From assembly GCF_009914755.1 (NCBI RefSeq), contig NC_060925.1: a stretch of 64,000 nucleotides of DNA. The stretch is one strand, 5' to 3'. How positions within the stretch are numbered: position 1 is the stretch's first letter; each line of letters starts with the position of its first letter. The translations under genes and the position numbers were made by a program. Below the pieces are notes generated by a model that saw only the letters and a program-made list of their open reading frames with translations, was not told the DNA's origin and did no database searches. Below are positions 27,101-42,100 of the stretch, piece by piece. Source of the DNA: the human T2T-CHM13v2.0 reference genome, Homo sapiens.

Positions 27101-30100
27101 TAATGGAATGGAATGGAATAATCCATGGACTCGAATGCAATCATCATCGAATGGAATCGAATGGAATCATCGAATGGACTCGAATGGAATAATCATTGAA
27201 CGGAATCGAATGGAATCATCATCGGATGGAAATGAATGGAATCATCATCGAATGGAATCGAATAGAATTATGGAATGAAATCCAGTGTGATCATCATCGA
27301 ATGGACCCGAATGGAATCATCATCCAACGGAAGCTAATGGAATCAACATCGAATGAATCGAATGGAAACACCATCGAATTGAAACGAATGGAATTATCAT
27401 GAAATTGAAATGGATGGACTCATCATCGAATGGATTCGAATGGAATCATCGAATAAAATTGATTGAAATCATCATCCAATGGAATCGAATGGTATCATTG
27501 AATGGAATCGAATGGAATCATCATCAGATGGAAATGAATGGAATCGTCATAGAATGGAATCGAATGGATTCATTGAATGGAATCAGATGGAATCATCGAA
27601 TGGACTGGAATGGAATCATTGAATGGACTCGAAAGGGATCATGATTGAATGGAATTGAATGGAATCATCGAATGGTCTCGATTGGAATCATTATCAAATG
27701 GAATCGAATGGAATCACCGAATAGAATCGAATGGAACAATCATCGAATGGACTCAAATGGAATTATCCTCCAATGGAATCGAATGGATTTATCGAATGCA
27801 ATGGAATAGAATCATCGAATGGACTCGAATGGAATTATCGAACGGAATGGAATGGAACAGTCAATGAACTCGAATGGAATCATCATTGAATGGAATCGAA
27901 TGGAATCATCGAGTGGAATCGAATGGAATTATGATCAAATGGAATCGAATGTAATCATCATCAAATGGAATCAAAAATAACCATCATCAATTGGTATTGA
28001 ATGGAATTGTCATCAAATGGAATTCAAAGGAATCATCATCAAATGGAACCGAATGGAATCCTCATTGAATGGAAATGAAAGGGGTCATCATCTAATGGAA
28101 TCGCATGGAATCATCATCAAATGGAATCGAATGGAATCATCATCAAATGGAATCTAATGGAATCATTGAACAGAATTGAATGGAATCGTCATCGAATGAA
28201 TTGAATGCAATCATCGAATGGTCTCGAATGGAATCATCTTCTAATGGAAAGGAATGGAATCATCGCATAGAATCGAATGGAATTATCATCGAATGGAATC
28301 GAATGGTATCAACACCAAACGGAAAAAAACGGAATTATCGAATGGAATCGAAGAGAATCTTCGAACGGACCCGAATGGAATCATCTAATGGAATGGAATG
28401 GAATAATCCATGGACTCGAATGCAATCATCATCGAATGGAATCGAATGGAATCATCGAATGGACTCGAATGGAATAATCATTGAACGGAATCGAATGGAA
28501 TCATCATCGGATGGAAACGAATGGAATCATCATCGAATGGAAATGAAAGGAGTCATCATCTAATGGAATTGCATGGAATCATCATCAAATGGAATCGAAT
28601 GGAATCAACATCAAATGGAATCAAATGGAATCATTGAACGGAATTGAATGGAATCGTCATCGAATGAATTGACTGCAATCATCGAATGGTCTCGAATGGA
28701 ATCATCTTCAAATGGAATGGAATGGAATCATCGCATAGAATCGAATGGAATTATCATCGAATGGAATCGAATGGAATCAACATCAAACGGAAAAAAACGG
28801 AATTATCGAATGGAATTGAAGAGAATCATCGAATGGACCCGAATGGAATCATCTAATGGAATGGAATGGAATAATCCATGGACTCGAATGCAATCATCAT
28901 CGAATGGAATCGAATGGAATCATCGAATGGACTCGAATGGAATAATCATTGAACGGAATCGAATGGAATCATCATCGGATGGAAATGAATGGAATCATCA
29001 TCGAATGGAATCGAATAGAATTATGGAATGAAATCCAGTGTGATCATCATCGAATGGACCCGAATGGAATCATCATCCAACGGAAGCTAATGGAATCAAC
29101 ATCGAATGAATCGAATGGAAACACCATCGAATTGAAACGAATGGAATTATCATGAAATTGAAATGGATGGACTCATCATCGAATGGATTCGAATGGAATC
29201 ATCGAATAAAATTGATTGAAATCATCATCCAATGGAATCGAATGGTATCATTGAATGGAATCGAATGGAATCATCATCAGATGGAAATGAATGGAATCGT
29301 CATAGAATGGAATCGAATGGATTCATTGAATGGAATCAGATGGAATCATCGAATGGACTGGAATGGAATCATTGAATGGACTCGAAAGGGATCATGATTG
29401 AATGGAATTGAATGGAATCATCGAATGGTCTCGATTGGAATCATTATCAAATGGAATCGAATGGAATCACCGAATAGAATCGAATGGAACAATCATCGAA
29501 TGGACTCAAATGGAATTGTCCTCCAATGGAATCGAATGGAATTATCGAATGCAATCGAATGGAATTATCGAATGCAATCGAATAGAATCATCGAATGGAC
29601 TCGAATGGAATCATCGAATGGAATGGAATGGAACAGTCAATGAACTCGAATGGAATCATCATTGAATGGAATCGAATGGAATCATCGAGTGGAATCGAAT
29701 GGAATTATGATCAAATGGAATCGAATGTAATCCTCATCAAATGGAATCAAAAATAACCATCATCAATTGGTATTGAATGGAATTGTCATCAAATGCAATT
29801 CAAAGGAATCATCATCAAATGGAACCGAATGGAATCCTCATTGAATGGAAATGAAAGGGGTCATCATCTAATGGAATCGCATGGAATCATCATCAAATGG
29901 AATCGAATGGAATCATCATCAAATGGAATCTAATGGAATCATTGAACAGAATTGAATGGAATCGTCATCGAATGAATTGAATGCAATCATCGAATGGTCT
30001 CGAATGGAATCATCTTCTAATGGAAAGGAACGGAATCATCGCATAGAATCGAATGGAATTATCATCGAATGGAATCGAATGGTATCAACACCAAACGGAA

Positions 30101-33100
30101 AAAAACGGAATTATCGAATGGAATCGAAGAGAATCTTCGAACGGACCCGAATGGAATCATCTAATGGAATGGAATGGAATAATCCATGGACTCGAATGCA
30201 ATCATCATCGAATGGAATGGAATGGAATCATCGAATGGACTCGAATGGAATAATCATTGAACGGAATCGAATGGAATCATCATCGGATGGAAACGAATGG
30301 AATCATCATCGAATGGAAATGAAAGGAGTCATCATCTAATGGAATTGCATGGAATCATCATCAAATGGAATCGAATGGAATCAACATCAAATGGAATCAA
30401 ATGGAATCATTGAACGGAATTGAATGGAATCGTCATCGAATGAATTGACTGCAATCATCGAATGGTCTCGAATGGAATCATCTTCAAATGGAATGGAATG
30501 GAATCATCGCATAGAATCGAATGGAATTATCATCGAATGGAATCGAATGGAATCAACATCAAACGGAAAAAAACGGAATTATCGAATGGAATCGAAGAGA
30601 ATCATCGAATGGACCCGAATGGAATCATCTAATGGAATGGAATGGAATAATCCATGGACTCGAATGCAATCATCATCGAATGGAATCGAATGGAATCATC
30701 GAATGGACTCGAATGGAATAATCATTGAACGGAATCGAATGGAATCATCATCGGATGGAAATGAATGGAATCATCATCGAATGGAATCGAATAGAATTAT
30801 GGAATGAAATCCAGTGTGATCATCATCGAATGTACCCGAATGGAATCATCATCCAACGGAAGCTAATGGAATCAACATCGAATGAATCGAATGGAAACAC
30901 CATCGAATTGAAACGAATGGAATTATCATGAAATTGAAATGGATGGACTCATCATGGAATGGGTTCGAATAGAATCATCGAATAAAATTGATTGAAATCA
31001 TCATCCAATGGAATCGAATGGTATCATTGAATGGAATCGAATGGAATCATCATCAGATGGAAATGAATGGAATCGTCATAGAATGGAATCGAATGGATTC
31101 ATTGAATGGAATCAGATGGAATCATCGAATGGACTGAAATGGAATCATTGAATGGACTCGAAAGGGATCATGATTGAATGGAATTGAATGGAATCATCGA
31201 ATGGTCTCGATTGGAATCATTATCAAATGGAATGGAATGGAATCACCGAATAGAATCGAATGGAACAATCATCGAATGGACTCAAATGGAATTATCCTCC
31301 AATGGAATCGAATGGAATTATCGAATGCAATCGAATGGAATTATCGAATGCAATCGAATAGAATCATCGAATGGACTCGAATGGAATCATCGAATGGAAT
31401 GGAATGGAACAGTCAATGAACTCGAATGGAATCATCATTGAATGGAATCGAATGGAATCATCGAGTGGAATCGAATGGAATTATGATCAAATGGAATCGA
31501 ATGTAATCATCATCAAATGGAATCAAAAATAACCATCATCAATTGGTATTGAATGGAATTGTCATCAAATGGAATTCAAAGGAATCATCATCAAATGGAA
31601 CCGAATGGAATCCTCATTGAATGGAAATGAAAGGGGTCATCATCTAATGGAATCGCATGGAATCATCATCAAATGGAATCGAATGGAATCATCATCAAAT
31701 GGAATCTAATGGAATCATTGAACAGAAATGAATGGAATCGTCATCGAATGAATTGAATGCAATCATCGAATGGTCTCGAATGGAATCATCTTCTAATGGA
31801 AAGGAATGGAATCATCGCATAGAATCGAATGGAATTATCATCGAATGGAATCGAATGGTATCAACACCAAACGGAAAAAAACGGAATTATCGAATGGAAT
31901 CGAAGAGAATCTTCGAACGGACCCGAATGGAATCATCTAATGGAATGGAATGGAATAATCCATGGACTCGAATGCAATCATCATCGAATGGAATGGAATG
32001 GAATCATCGAATGGACTCGAATGGAATAATCATTGAACGGAATCGAATGGAATCATCATCGGATGGAAACGAATGGAATCATGATCGAATGGAAATGAAA
32101 GGAGTCATCATCTAATGGAATTGCATGGAATCATCATAAAATGGAATCGAATGGAATCAACATCAAATGGAATCAAATGGAATCATTGAACGGAATTGAA
32201 TGGAATCGTCATCGAATGAATTGACTGCAATCATCGAATGGTCTCGAATGGAATCATCTTCAAATGGAATGGAATGGAATCATCGCATAGAATCGAATGG
32301 AATTATCATCGAATGGAATCGAATGGAATCAACATCAAACGGAAAAAAACGGAATTATCGAATGGAATCGAAGAGAATCATCGAATGGACCCGAATGGAA
32401 TCATCTAATGGAATGGAATGGAATAATCCATGGACTCGAATGCAATCATCATCGAATGGAATCGAATGGAATCATCGAATGGACTCGAATGGAATAATCA
32501 TTGAACGGAATCGAATGGAATCATCATCGGATGGAAATGAATGGAATCATCATCGAATGGAATCGAATAGAATTATGGAATGAAATCCAGTGTGATCATC
32601 ATCGAATGGACCCGAATGGAATCATCATCCAACAGAAGCTAATGGAATCAACATCGAATGAATCGAATGGAAACACCATCGAATTGAAACGAATGGAATT
32701 ATCATGAAATTGAAATGGATGGACTCATCATCGAATGGATTCGAATGGAATCATCGAATTAAATTGATTGAAATCATCATCCAATGGAATCGAATGGTAT
32801 CATTGAATGGAATCGAATGGAATCATCATCAGATGGAAATGAATGGAATCGTCATAAAATGGAATCGAATGGATTCATTGAATGGAATCAGATGGAATCA
32901 TCGAATGGACTGGAATGGAATCATTGAATGGACTCGAAAGGGATCATGATTGAATGGAATTGAATGGAATCATCGAATGGTCTCGATTGGAATCATTATC
33001 AAATGGAATCGAATGGAATCACTGAATAGAATCGAATGGAACAATCATCGAATGGACTCAAATGGAATTATCCTCCAATGGAATCGAATGGAATTATCGA

Positions 33101-36100
33101 ATGCAATCGAATGGAATTATCGAATGCAATCGAATAGAATCATCGAATGGACTCGAATGGAATCATCGAATGGAATGGAATGGAACAGTCAATGAACTCG
33201 AATGGAATCATCATTGAATGGAATCGAATGGAATCATCGAGTGGAATCGAATGGAATTATGATCAAATGGAATCTAATGTAATCATCATCAAATGGAATC
33301 AAAAATAACCATCATCAATTGGTATTGAATGGAATTGTCATCAAATGGAATTCAAAGGAATCATCATCAAATGGAACCGAATGGAATCCTCATTGAATGG
33401 AAATGAAAGGGGTCATCATCTAACGGAATCGCATGGAATCATCATCAAATGGAATCGAATGGAATCATCATCAAATGGAATCTAATGGAATCATTGAACA
33501 GAATTGAATGGAATCGTCATCGAATGAATTGAATGCAATCATCGAATGGTCTCGAATGGAATCATCTTCTAATGGAAAGGAATGGAATCATCGCATAGAA
33601 TCGAATGGAATTATCATCGAATGGAATCGAATGGTATCAACACCAAACGGAAAAAAATGGAATTATCGAATGGAATCGAAGAGAATCTTCGAACGGACCC
33701 GAATGGAATCATCTAATGGAATGGAATGGAATAATCCATGGACTCGAATGCAATCATCATCGAATGGAATGGAATGGAATGGAATCATCGAATGGACTCG
33801 AATGGAATAATCATTGAACGGAATCGAATGGAATCATCATCGGATGGAAACGAATGGAATCATCATCGAATGGAAATGAAAGGAGTCATCATCTAATGGA
33901 ATTGCATGGAATCATCATAAAATGGAATCGAATGGAATCAACATCAAATGGAATCAAATGGAATCATTGAACGGAATTGAATGGAATCGTCATCGAATGA
34001 ATTGACTGCAATCATCGAATGGTCTCGAATGGAATCATCTTCAAATGGAATGGAATGGAATCATCGCATAGAATCGAATGGAATTATCATCGAATGGAAT
34101 CGAATGGAATCAACATCAAACGGAAAAAAACGGAATTATCGAATGGAATCGAAGAGAATCATCGAATGGACCCGAATGGAATCATCTAATGGAATGGAAT
34201 GGAATAATCCATGGACTCGAATGCAATCATCATCGAATGGAATCGAATGGAATCATCGAATGGACTCGAATGGAATAATCATTGAACGGAATCGAATGGA
34301 ATCATCATCGGATGGAAATGAATGGAATCATCATCGAATGGAATCGAATAGAAATATGGAATGAAATCCAGTGTGATCATCATCGAATGGACCCGAATGG
34401 AATCATCATCCAACGGAAGCTAATGGAATCAACATCGAATGAATCGAATGGAAACACCATCGAATTGAAACGAATGGAATTATCATGAAATTGAAATGGA
34501 TGGACTCATCATCGAATGGATTCGAATGGAATCATCGAATAAAATTGATTGAAATCATCATCCAATGGAATCGAATGGTATCATTGAATGGAATCGAATG
34601 GAATCATCATCAGATGGAAATGAATGGAATCGTCATAGAATGGAATCGAATGGATTCATTGAATGGAATCAGATGGAATCATCGAATGGACTGGAATGGA
34701 ATCATTGAATGGACTCGAAAGGGATCATGATTGAATGGAATTGAATGGAATCATCGAATGGTCTCGATTGGAATCATTATCAAATGGAATCGAATGGAAT
34801 CACCGAATAGAATCGAATGGAACAATCATCGAATGGACTCAAATGGAATTATCCTCCAATGGAATCGAATGGAATTATCGAATGCAATCGAATGGAATTA
34901 TCGAATGCAATCGAATAGAATCATCGAATGGACTCGAATGGAATCATCGAATGGAATGGAATGGAACAGTCAATGAACTCGAATGGAATCATCATTGAAT
35001 GGAATCGAATGGAATCATCGAGTGGAATCGAATGGAATTATGATCAAATGGAATCGAATGTAATCATCATCAAATGGAATCAAAAATAACCATCATCAAT
35101 TGGTATTGAATGGAATTGTCATCAAATGGAATTCAAAGGAATCATCATCAAATGGAACCGAATGGAATCCTCATTGAATGGAAATGAAAGGGGTCATCAT
35201 CTAATGGAATCGCATGGAATCATCATCAAATGGAATCGAATGGAATCATCATCAAATGGAATCTAATGGAATCATTGAACAGAATTGAATGGAATCGTCA
35301 TCGAATGAATTGAATGCAATCATCGAATGGTCTCGAATGGAATCATCTTCTAATGGAAAGGAATGGAATCATCGCATAGAATCGAATGGAATTATCATCG
35401 AATGGAATCGAATGGTATCAACACCAAACGGAAAAAAACGGAATTATCGAATGGAATCGAAGAGAATCTTCGAACGGACCCGAATGGAATCATCTAATGG
35501 AATGGAATGGAATAATCCATGGACTCGAATGCAATCATCATCGAATGGAATGGAATGGAATCATCGAATGGACTCGAATGGAATAATCATTGAACGGAAT
35601 CGAATGGAATCATCATCGGATGGAAACGAATGGAATCATCATCGAATGGAAATGAAAGGAGTCATCATCTAATGGAATTGCATGGAATCATCATAAAATG
35701 GAATCGAATGGAATCAACATCAAATGGAATCAAATGGAATCATTGAACGGAATTGAATGGAATCGTCATCGAATGAATTGACTGCAATCATCGAATGGTC
35801 TCGAATGGAATCATCTTCAAATGGAATGGAATGGAATCATCGCATAGAATCGAATGGAATTATCATCGAATAGAATCGAATGGAATCAACATCAAACGGA
35901 AAAAAACAGAATTATCGTATGGAATCGAAGAGAATCATCGAATGGACCCGAATGGAATCATCTAATGGAATGGAATGGAATAATCCATGGACTCGAATGC
36001 AATCATCATCGAATGGAATCGAATGGAATCATCGAATGGACTCGAATGGAATAATCATTGAACGGAATCGAATGGAATCATCATCGGATGGAAATGAATG

Positions 36101-39100
36101 GAATCATCATCGAATGGAATCGAATAGAATTATGGAATGAAATCCAGTGTGATCATCATCGAATGGACCCGAATGGAATCATCATCCAACGGAAGCTAAT
36201 GGAATCAACATCGAATGAATCGAATGGAAACACCATCGAATTGAAACGAATGGAATTATCATGAAATTGAAATGGATGGACTCATCATCGAATGGATTCG
36301 AATGGAATCATCGAATAAAATTGATTGAAATCATCATCCAATGGAATCGAATGGTATCATTGAATGGAATCGAATGGAATCATCATCAGATGGAAATGAA
36401 TGGAATCGTCATAGAATGGAATCGAGTGGATTCATTGAATGGAATCAGATGGAATCATCGAATGGACTGGAATGGAATCATTGAATGGACTCGAAAGGGA
36501 TCATTATTGAATGGAATTGAATGGAATCATCGAATGGTCTCGATTGGAATCATTATCAAATGGAATCGAATGGAATCACCGAATAGAATCGAATGGAACA
36601 ATCATCGAATGGACTCAAATGGAATTATCCTCCAATGGAATCGAATGGAATTATCGAATGCAATCGAATGGAATTATCGAATGCAATCGAATAGAATCAT
36701 CGAATGGACTCGAATGGAATCATCGAATGGAATGGAATGGAACAGTCAATGAACTCGAATGGAATCATCATTGAATGGAATCGAATGGAATCATCGAGTG
36801 GAATCGAATGGAATTATGATCAAATGGAATCGAATGTAATCATCATCAAATGGAATCAAAAATAACCATCATCAATTGGTATTGAATGGAATTGTCATCA
36901 AATGGAATTCAAAGGAATCATCATCAAATGGAACCGAATGGAATCCTCATTGAATGGAAATGAAAGGGGTCATCATCTAATGGAATCGCATGGAATCATC
37001 ATCAAATGGAATCGAATGGAATCATCATCAAATGGAATCTAATGGAATCATTGAACAGAATTGAATGGACTGGTCATCGAATGAATTGAATGCAATCATC
37101 GAATGGTCTCGAATGGAATCATCTTCTAATGGAAAGGAATGGAATCATCGCATAGAATCGAATGGAATTATCATCGAATGGAATCGAATGGTATCAACAC
37201 CAAACGGAAAAAAACGGAATTATCGAATGGAATCGAAGAGAATCTTCGAACGGACCCGAATGGAATCATCTAATGGAATGGAATGGAATAATCCATGGAC
37301 TCGAATGCAATCATCATCGAATGGAATCGAATGGAATCATCGAATGGACTCGAATGGAATAATCATTGAACGGAATCGATTGGAATCATCATCGGATGGA
37401 AACGAATGGAATCATCATCGAATGGAAATGAAAGGAGTCATCATCTAATGGAATTGCATGGAATCATCATAAAATGGAATCGAATGGAATCAACATCAAA
37501 TGGAATCAAATGTAATCATTGAACGGAATTGAATGGAATCGTCATCGAATGAATTGACTGCAATCATCCAATGGTCTCGAATGGAATCATCTTCAAATGG
37601 AATGGAATGGAATCATCGCATAGAATCGAATGGAATTATCATCGAATAGAATCGAATGGAATCAACATCCAACGGAAAAAAACGGAATTATCGAATGGAA
37701 TCGAAGAGAATCATCGAATGGACCCGAATGGAATCATCTAATGGAATGGAATGGAATAATCCATGGACTCGAATGCAATCATCATCGAATGGAATCGAAT
37801 GGAATCATCGAATGGACTCGAATGGAATAATCATTGAACGGAATCGAATGGAATCATCATCGGATGGAAATGAATGGAATCATCATCGAATGGAATCGAA
37901 TAGAATTATGGAATGAAATCCAGTGTGATCATCATCGAATGGACCCGAATGGAATCATCATCCAACGGAAGCTAATGGAATCAACATCGAATGAATCAAA
38001 TGGAAACACCATCGAATTGAAACGAATGGAATTATCATGAAATTGAAATGGATGGACTCATCATCGAATGGATTCGAATGGAATCATCGAATAAAATTGA
38101 TTGAAATCATCATCGAATGGAATCGAATGGTATCATTGAATGGAATCGAATGGAATCATCATCAGATGGAAATGAATGGAATCGTCATAGAATGGAATCG
38201 AATGGATTCATTGAATGGAATCAGATGGAATCATCGAATGGACTGGAATGGAATCATTGAATGGACTCGAAAGGGATCATGATTGAATGGAATTGAATGG
38301 AATCATCGAATGGTCTCGATTGGAATCATTACCAAATGGAATCGAATGGAATCACCGAATAGAATCGAATGGAACAATCATCGAATGGACTCAAATGGAA
38401 TTATCCTCAAATGGAATCGAATGGAATTATCGAATGCAATCGAATGGAATTATCGAATGCAATCGAATAGAATCATCGAATGGACTCGAATGGAATCATC
38501 GAATGGAATGGAATGGAACAGTCAATGAACTCGAATGGAATCATCATTGAATGGAATCGAATGGAATCATCGAGTGGAATCGAATGGAATTATGATCAAA
38601 TGGAATCGAATGTAATCATCATCAAATGGAATCAAAAATAACCATCATCAATTGGTATTGAATGGAATTGTCATCAAATGGAATTCAAAGGAATCATCAT
38701 CAAATGGAACCGAATGGAATCCTCATTGAATGGAAATGAAAGGGGTCATCATCTAATGGAATCGCATGGAATCATCATCAAATGGAATCGAATGGAATCA
38801 TCATCAAATGGAATCTAATGGAATCATTGAACAGAATTGAATGGAATCGTCATCGAATGAACTGAATGCAATCATCGAATGGTCTCGAATGGAATCATCT
38901 TCTAATGGAAAGGAATGGAATCATCGCATAGAATCGAAAGGAATTATCATCGAATGGAATCGAATGGTATCAACACCAAACGGAAAAAAACGGAATTATC
39001 GAATAGATTCGAAGAGAATCTTCGAACGGACCCGAATGGAATCATCTAATGCAATGGAATGGAATAATCCATGGACTCGAATGCAATCATCATCGAATGG

Positions 39101-42100
39101 AATCAAATGGAATCATCGAATGGACTCAAATGGAATAATCATTGAACGGAATCGAATGGAATCATCATCGGATGGAAATGAATGGAATCATCATCGAATG
39201 GAAATGAAAGGAGTCATCATCTAATGGAATTGCATGGAATCATCATAAAATGGAATCGAATGGAATCAACATCAAATGGAATCAAATGGAATCATTGAAC
39301 GGAATTGAATGGAATCGTCATCGAATGTATTGACTGCAATCATCGAATGGTCTCGAATGGAATCATCTTCAAATGGAATGGAATGGAATCATCGCATAGA
39401 ATCGAATGGAATTATCATCGAATGGAATCGAATGGAATCAACATCAAACGGAAAAAAACGGAATTATCGAATGGAATCGAAGAGAATCATCGAATGGACC
39501 CGAATGGAATCATCTAATGGAATGGAATGGAATAATCCATGGACTCGAATGCAATCATCATCGAATGGAATCGAATGGAATCATCGAATGGACTCGAATG
39601 GAATAATCATTGAACGGAATCGAATGGAATCATCATCGGATGGAAATGAATGGAATCATCATCGAATGGAATCGAATAGAATTATGGAATGAAATCCAGT
39701 GTGATCATCATCGAATGGACCCGAATGGAATCATCATCCAACGGAAGCTAATGGAATCAACATCGAATGAATCGAATGGAAACACCATCGAATTGAAACG
39801 AATGGAATTATCATGAAATTGAAATGGATGGACTCATCATCGAATGGATTCGAATGGAATCATCGAATAAAATTGATTGAAATCATCATCCAATGGAATC
39901 GAATGGTATCATTGAATGGAATCGAATGGAATCATCATCAGATGGAAATGAATGGAATCGTCATAGAATGGAATCGAATGGATTCATTGAATGGAATCAG
40001 ATGGAATCATCGAATGGACTGGAATGGAATCATTGAATGGACTCGAAAGGGATCATGATTGAATGGAATTGAATGGAATCATCGAATGGTCTCGATTGGA
40101 ATCATTATCAAATGGAATCGAATGGAATCACCGAATAGAATCGAATGGAACAATCATCGAATGGACTCAAATGGAATTATCCTCCAATGGAATCGAATGG
40201 AATTATCGAATGCAATCGAATGGAATTATCGAATGCAATCGAATAGAATCATCGAATGGACTCGAATGGAATCATCGAATGGAATGGAATGGAACAGTCA
40301 ATGAACTCGAATGGAATCATCATTGAATGGAATCGAATGGAATCATCGAGTGGAATCGAATGGAATTATGATCAAATGGAATCGAATGTAATCATCATCA
40401 AATGGAATCAAAAATAACCATCATCAATTGGTATTGAATGGAATTGTCATCAAATGGAATTCAAAGGAATCATCATCAAATGGAACCGAATGGAATCCTC
40501 ATTGAATGGAAATGAAAGGGGTCATCATCTAATGGAATCGCATGGAATCATCATCAAATGGAATCGAATGGAATCATCATCAAATGGAATCTAATGGAAT
40601 CATTGAACAGAATTGAATGGAATCGTCATCGAATGAACTGAATGCAATCATCGAATGGTCTCGAATGGAATCATCTTCTAATGGAAAGGAATGGAATCAT
40701 CGCATAGAATCGAATGGAATTATCATCGAATGGAATCGAATGGTATCAACACCAAACGGAAAAAAACGGAATTATCGAATAGATTCGAAGAGAATCTTCG
40801 AACGGACCCGAATGGAATCATCTAATGGAATGGAATGGAATAATCCATGGACTCGAATGCAATCATCATCGAATGGATTCAAATGGAATCATCGAATGGA
40901 CTCGAATGGAATAATCATTGAACGGAATCGAATGGAATCATCATCGCATGGAAATGAATGGAATCATCATCGAATGGAAATGAAAGGAGTCATCATCTAA
41001 TGGAATTGCATGGAATCATCATAAAATGGAATCGAATGGAATCAACATCAAATGGAATCAAATGGAATCATTGAACGGAATTGAATGGAATCGTCATCGA
41101 ATGTATTGACTGCAATCATCGAATGGTCTCGAATGGAATCATCTTCAAATGGAATGGAATGGAATCATCGCATAGAATCGAATGGAATTATCATCGAATG
41201 GAATCGAATGGAATCAACATCAAACGGAAAAAAACGGAATTATCGAATGGAATCGAAGAGAATCATCGAATGGACCCGAATGGAATCATCTAATGGAATG
41301 GAATGGAATAATCCATGGACTCGAATGCAATCATCATCGAATGGAATCGAATGGAATCATCGAATGGACTCGAATGGAATAATCATTGAACGGAATCGAA
41401 TGGAATCATCATCGGATGGAAATGAATGGAATCATCATCGAATGGAATCGAATAGAATTATGGAATGAAATCCAGTGTGATCATCATCGAATGGACCCGA
41501 ATGGAATCATCATCCAACGGAAGCTAATGGAATCAACATCGAATGAATCGAATGGAAACACCATCGAATTGAAACGAATGGAATTATCATGAAATTGAAA
41601 TGGATGGACTCATCATCGAATGGATTCGAATGGAATCATCGAATAAAATTGATTGAAATCATCATCCAATGGAATCGAATGGTATCATTGAATGGAATCG
41701 AATGGAATCATCATCAGATGGAAATGAATGGAATCGTCATAGAATGGAATCGAATGGATTCATTGAATGGAATCAGATGGAATCATCGAATGGACTGGAA
41801 TGGAATCATTGAATGGACTCGAAAGGGATCATGATTGAATGGAATTGAATGGAATCATCGAATGGTCTCGATTGGAATCATTATCAAATGGAATCGAATG
41901 GAATCACCGAATAGAATCGAATGGAACAATCATCGAATGGACTCAAATGGAATTATCCTCCAATGGAATCGAATGGAATTATCGAATGCAATCGAATGGA
42001 ATTATCGAATGCAATCGAATAGAATCATCGAATGGACTCGAATGGAATCATCGAATGGAATGGAATGGAACAGTCAATGAACTCGAATGGAATCATCATT

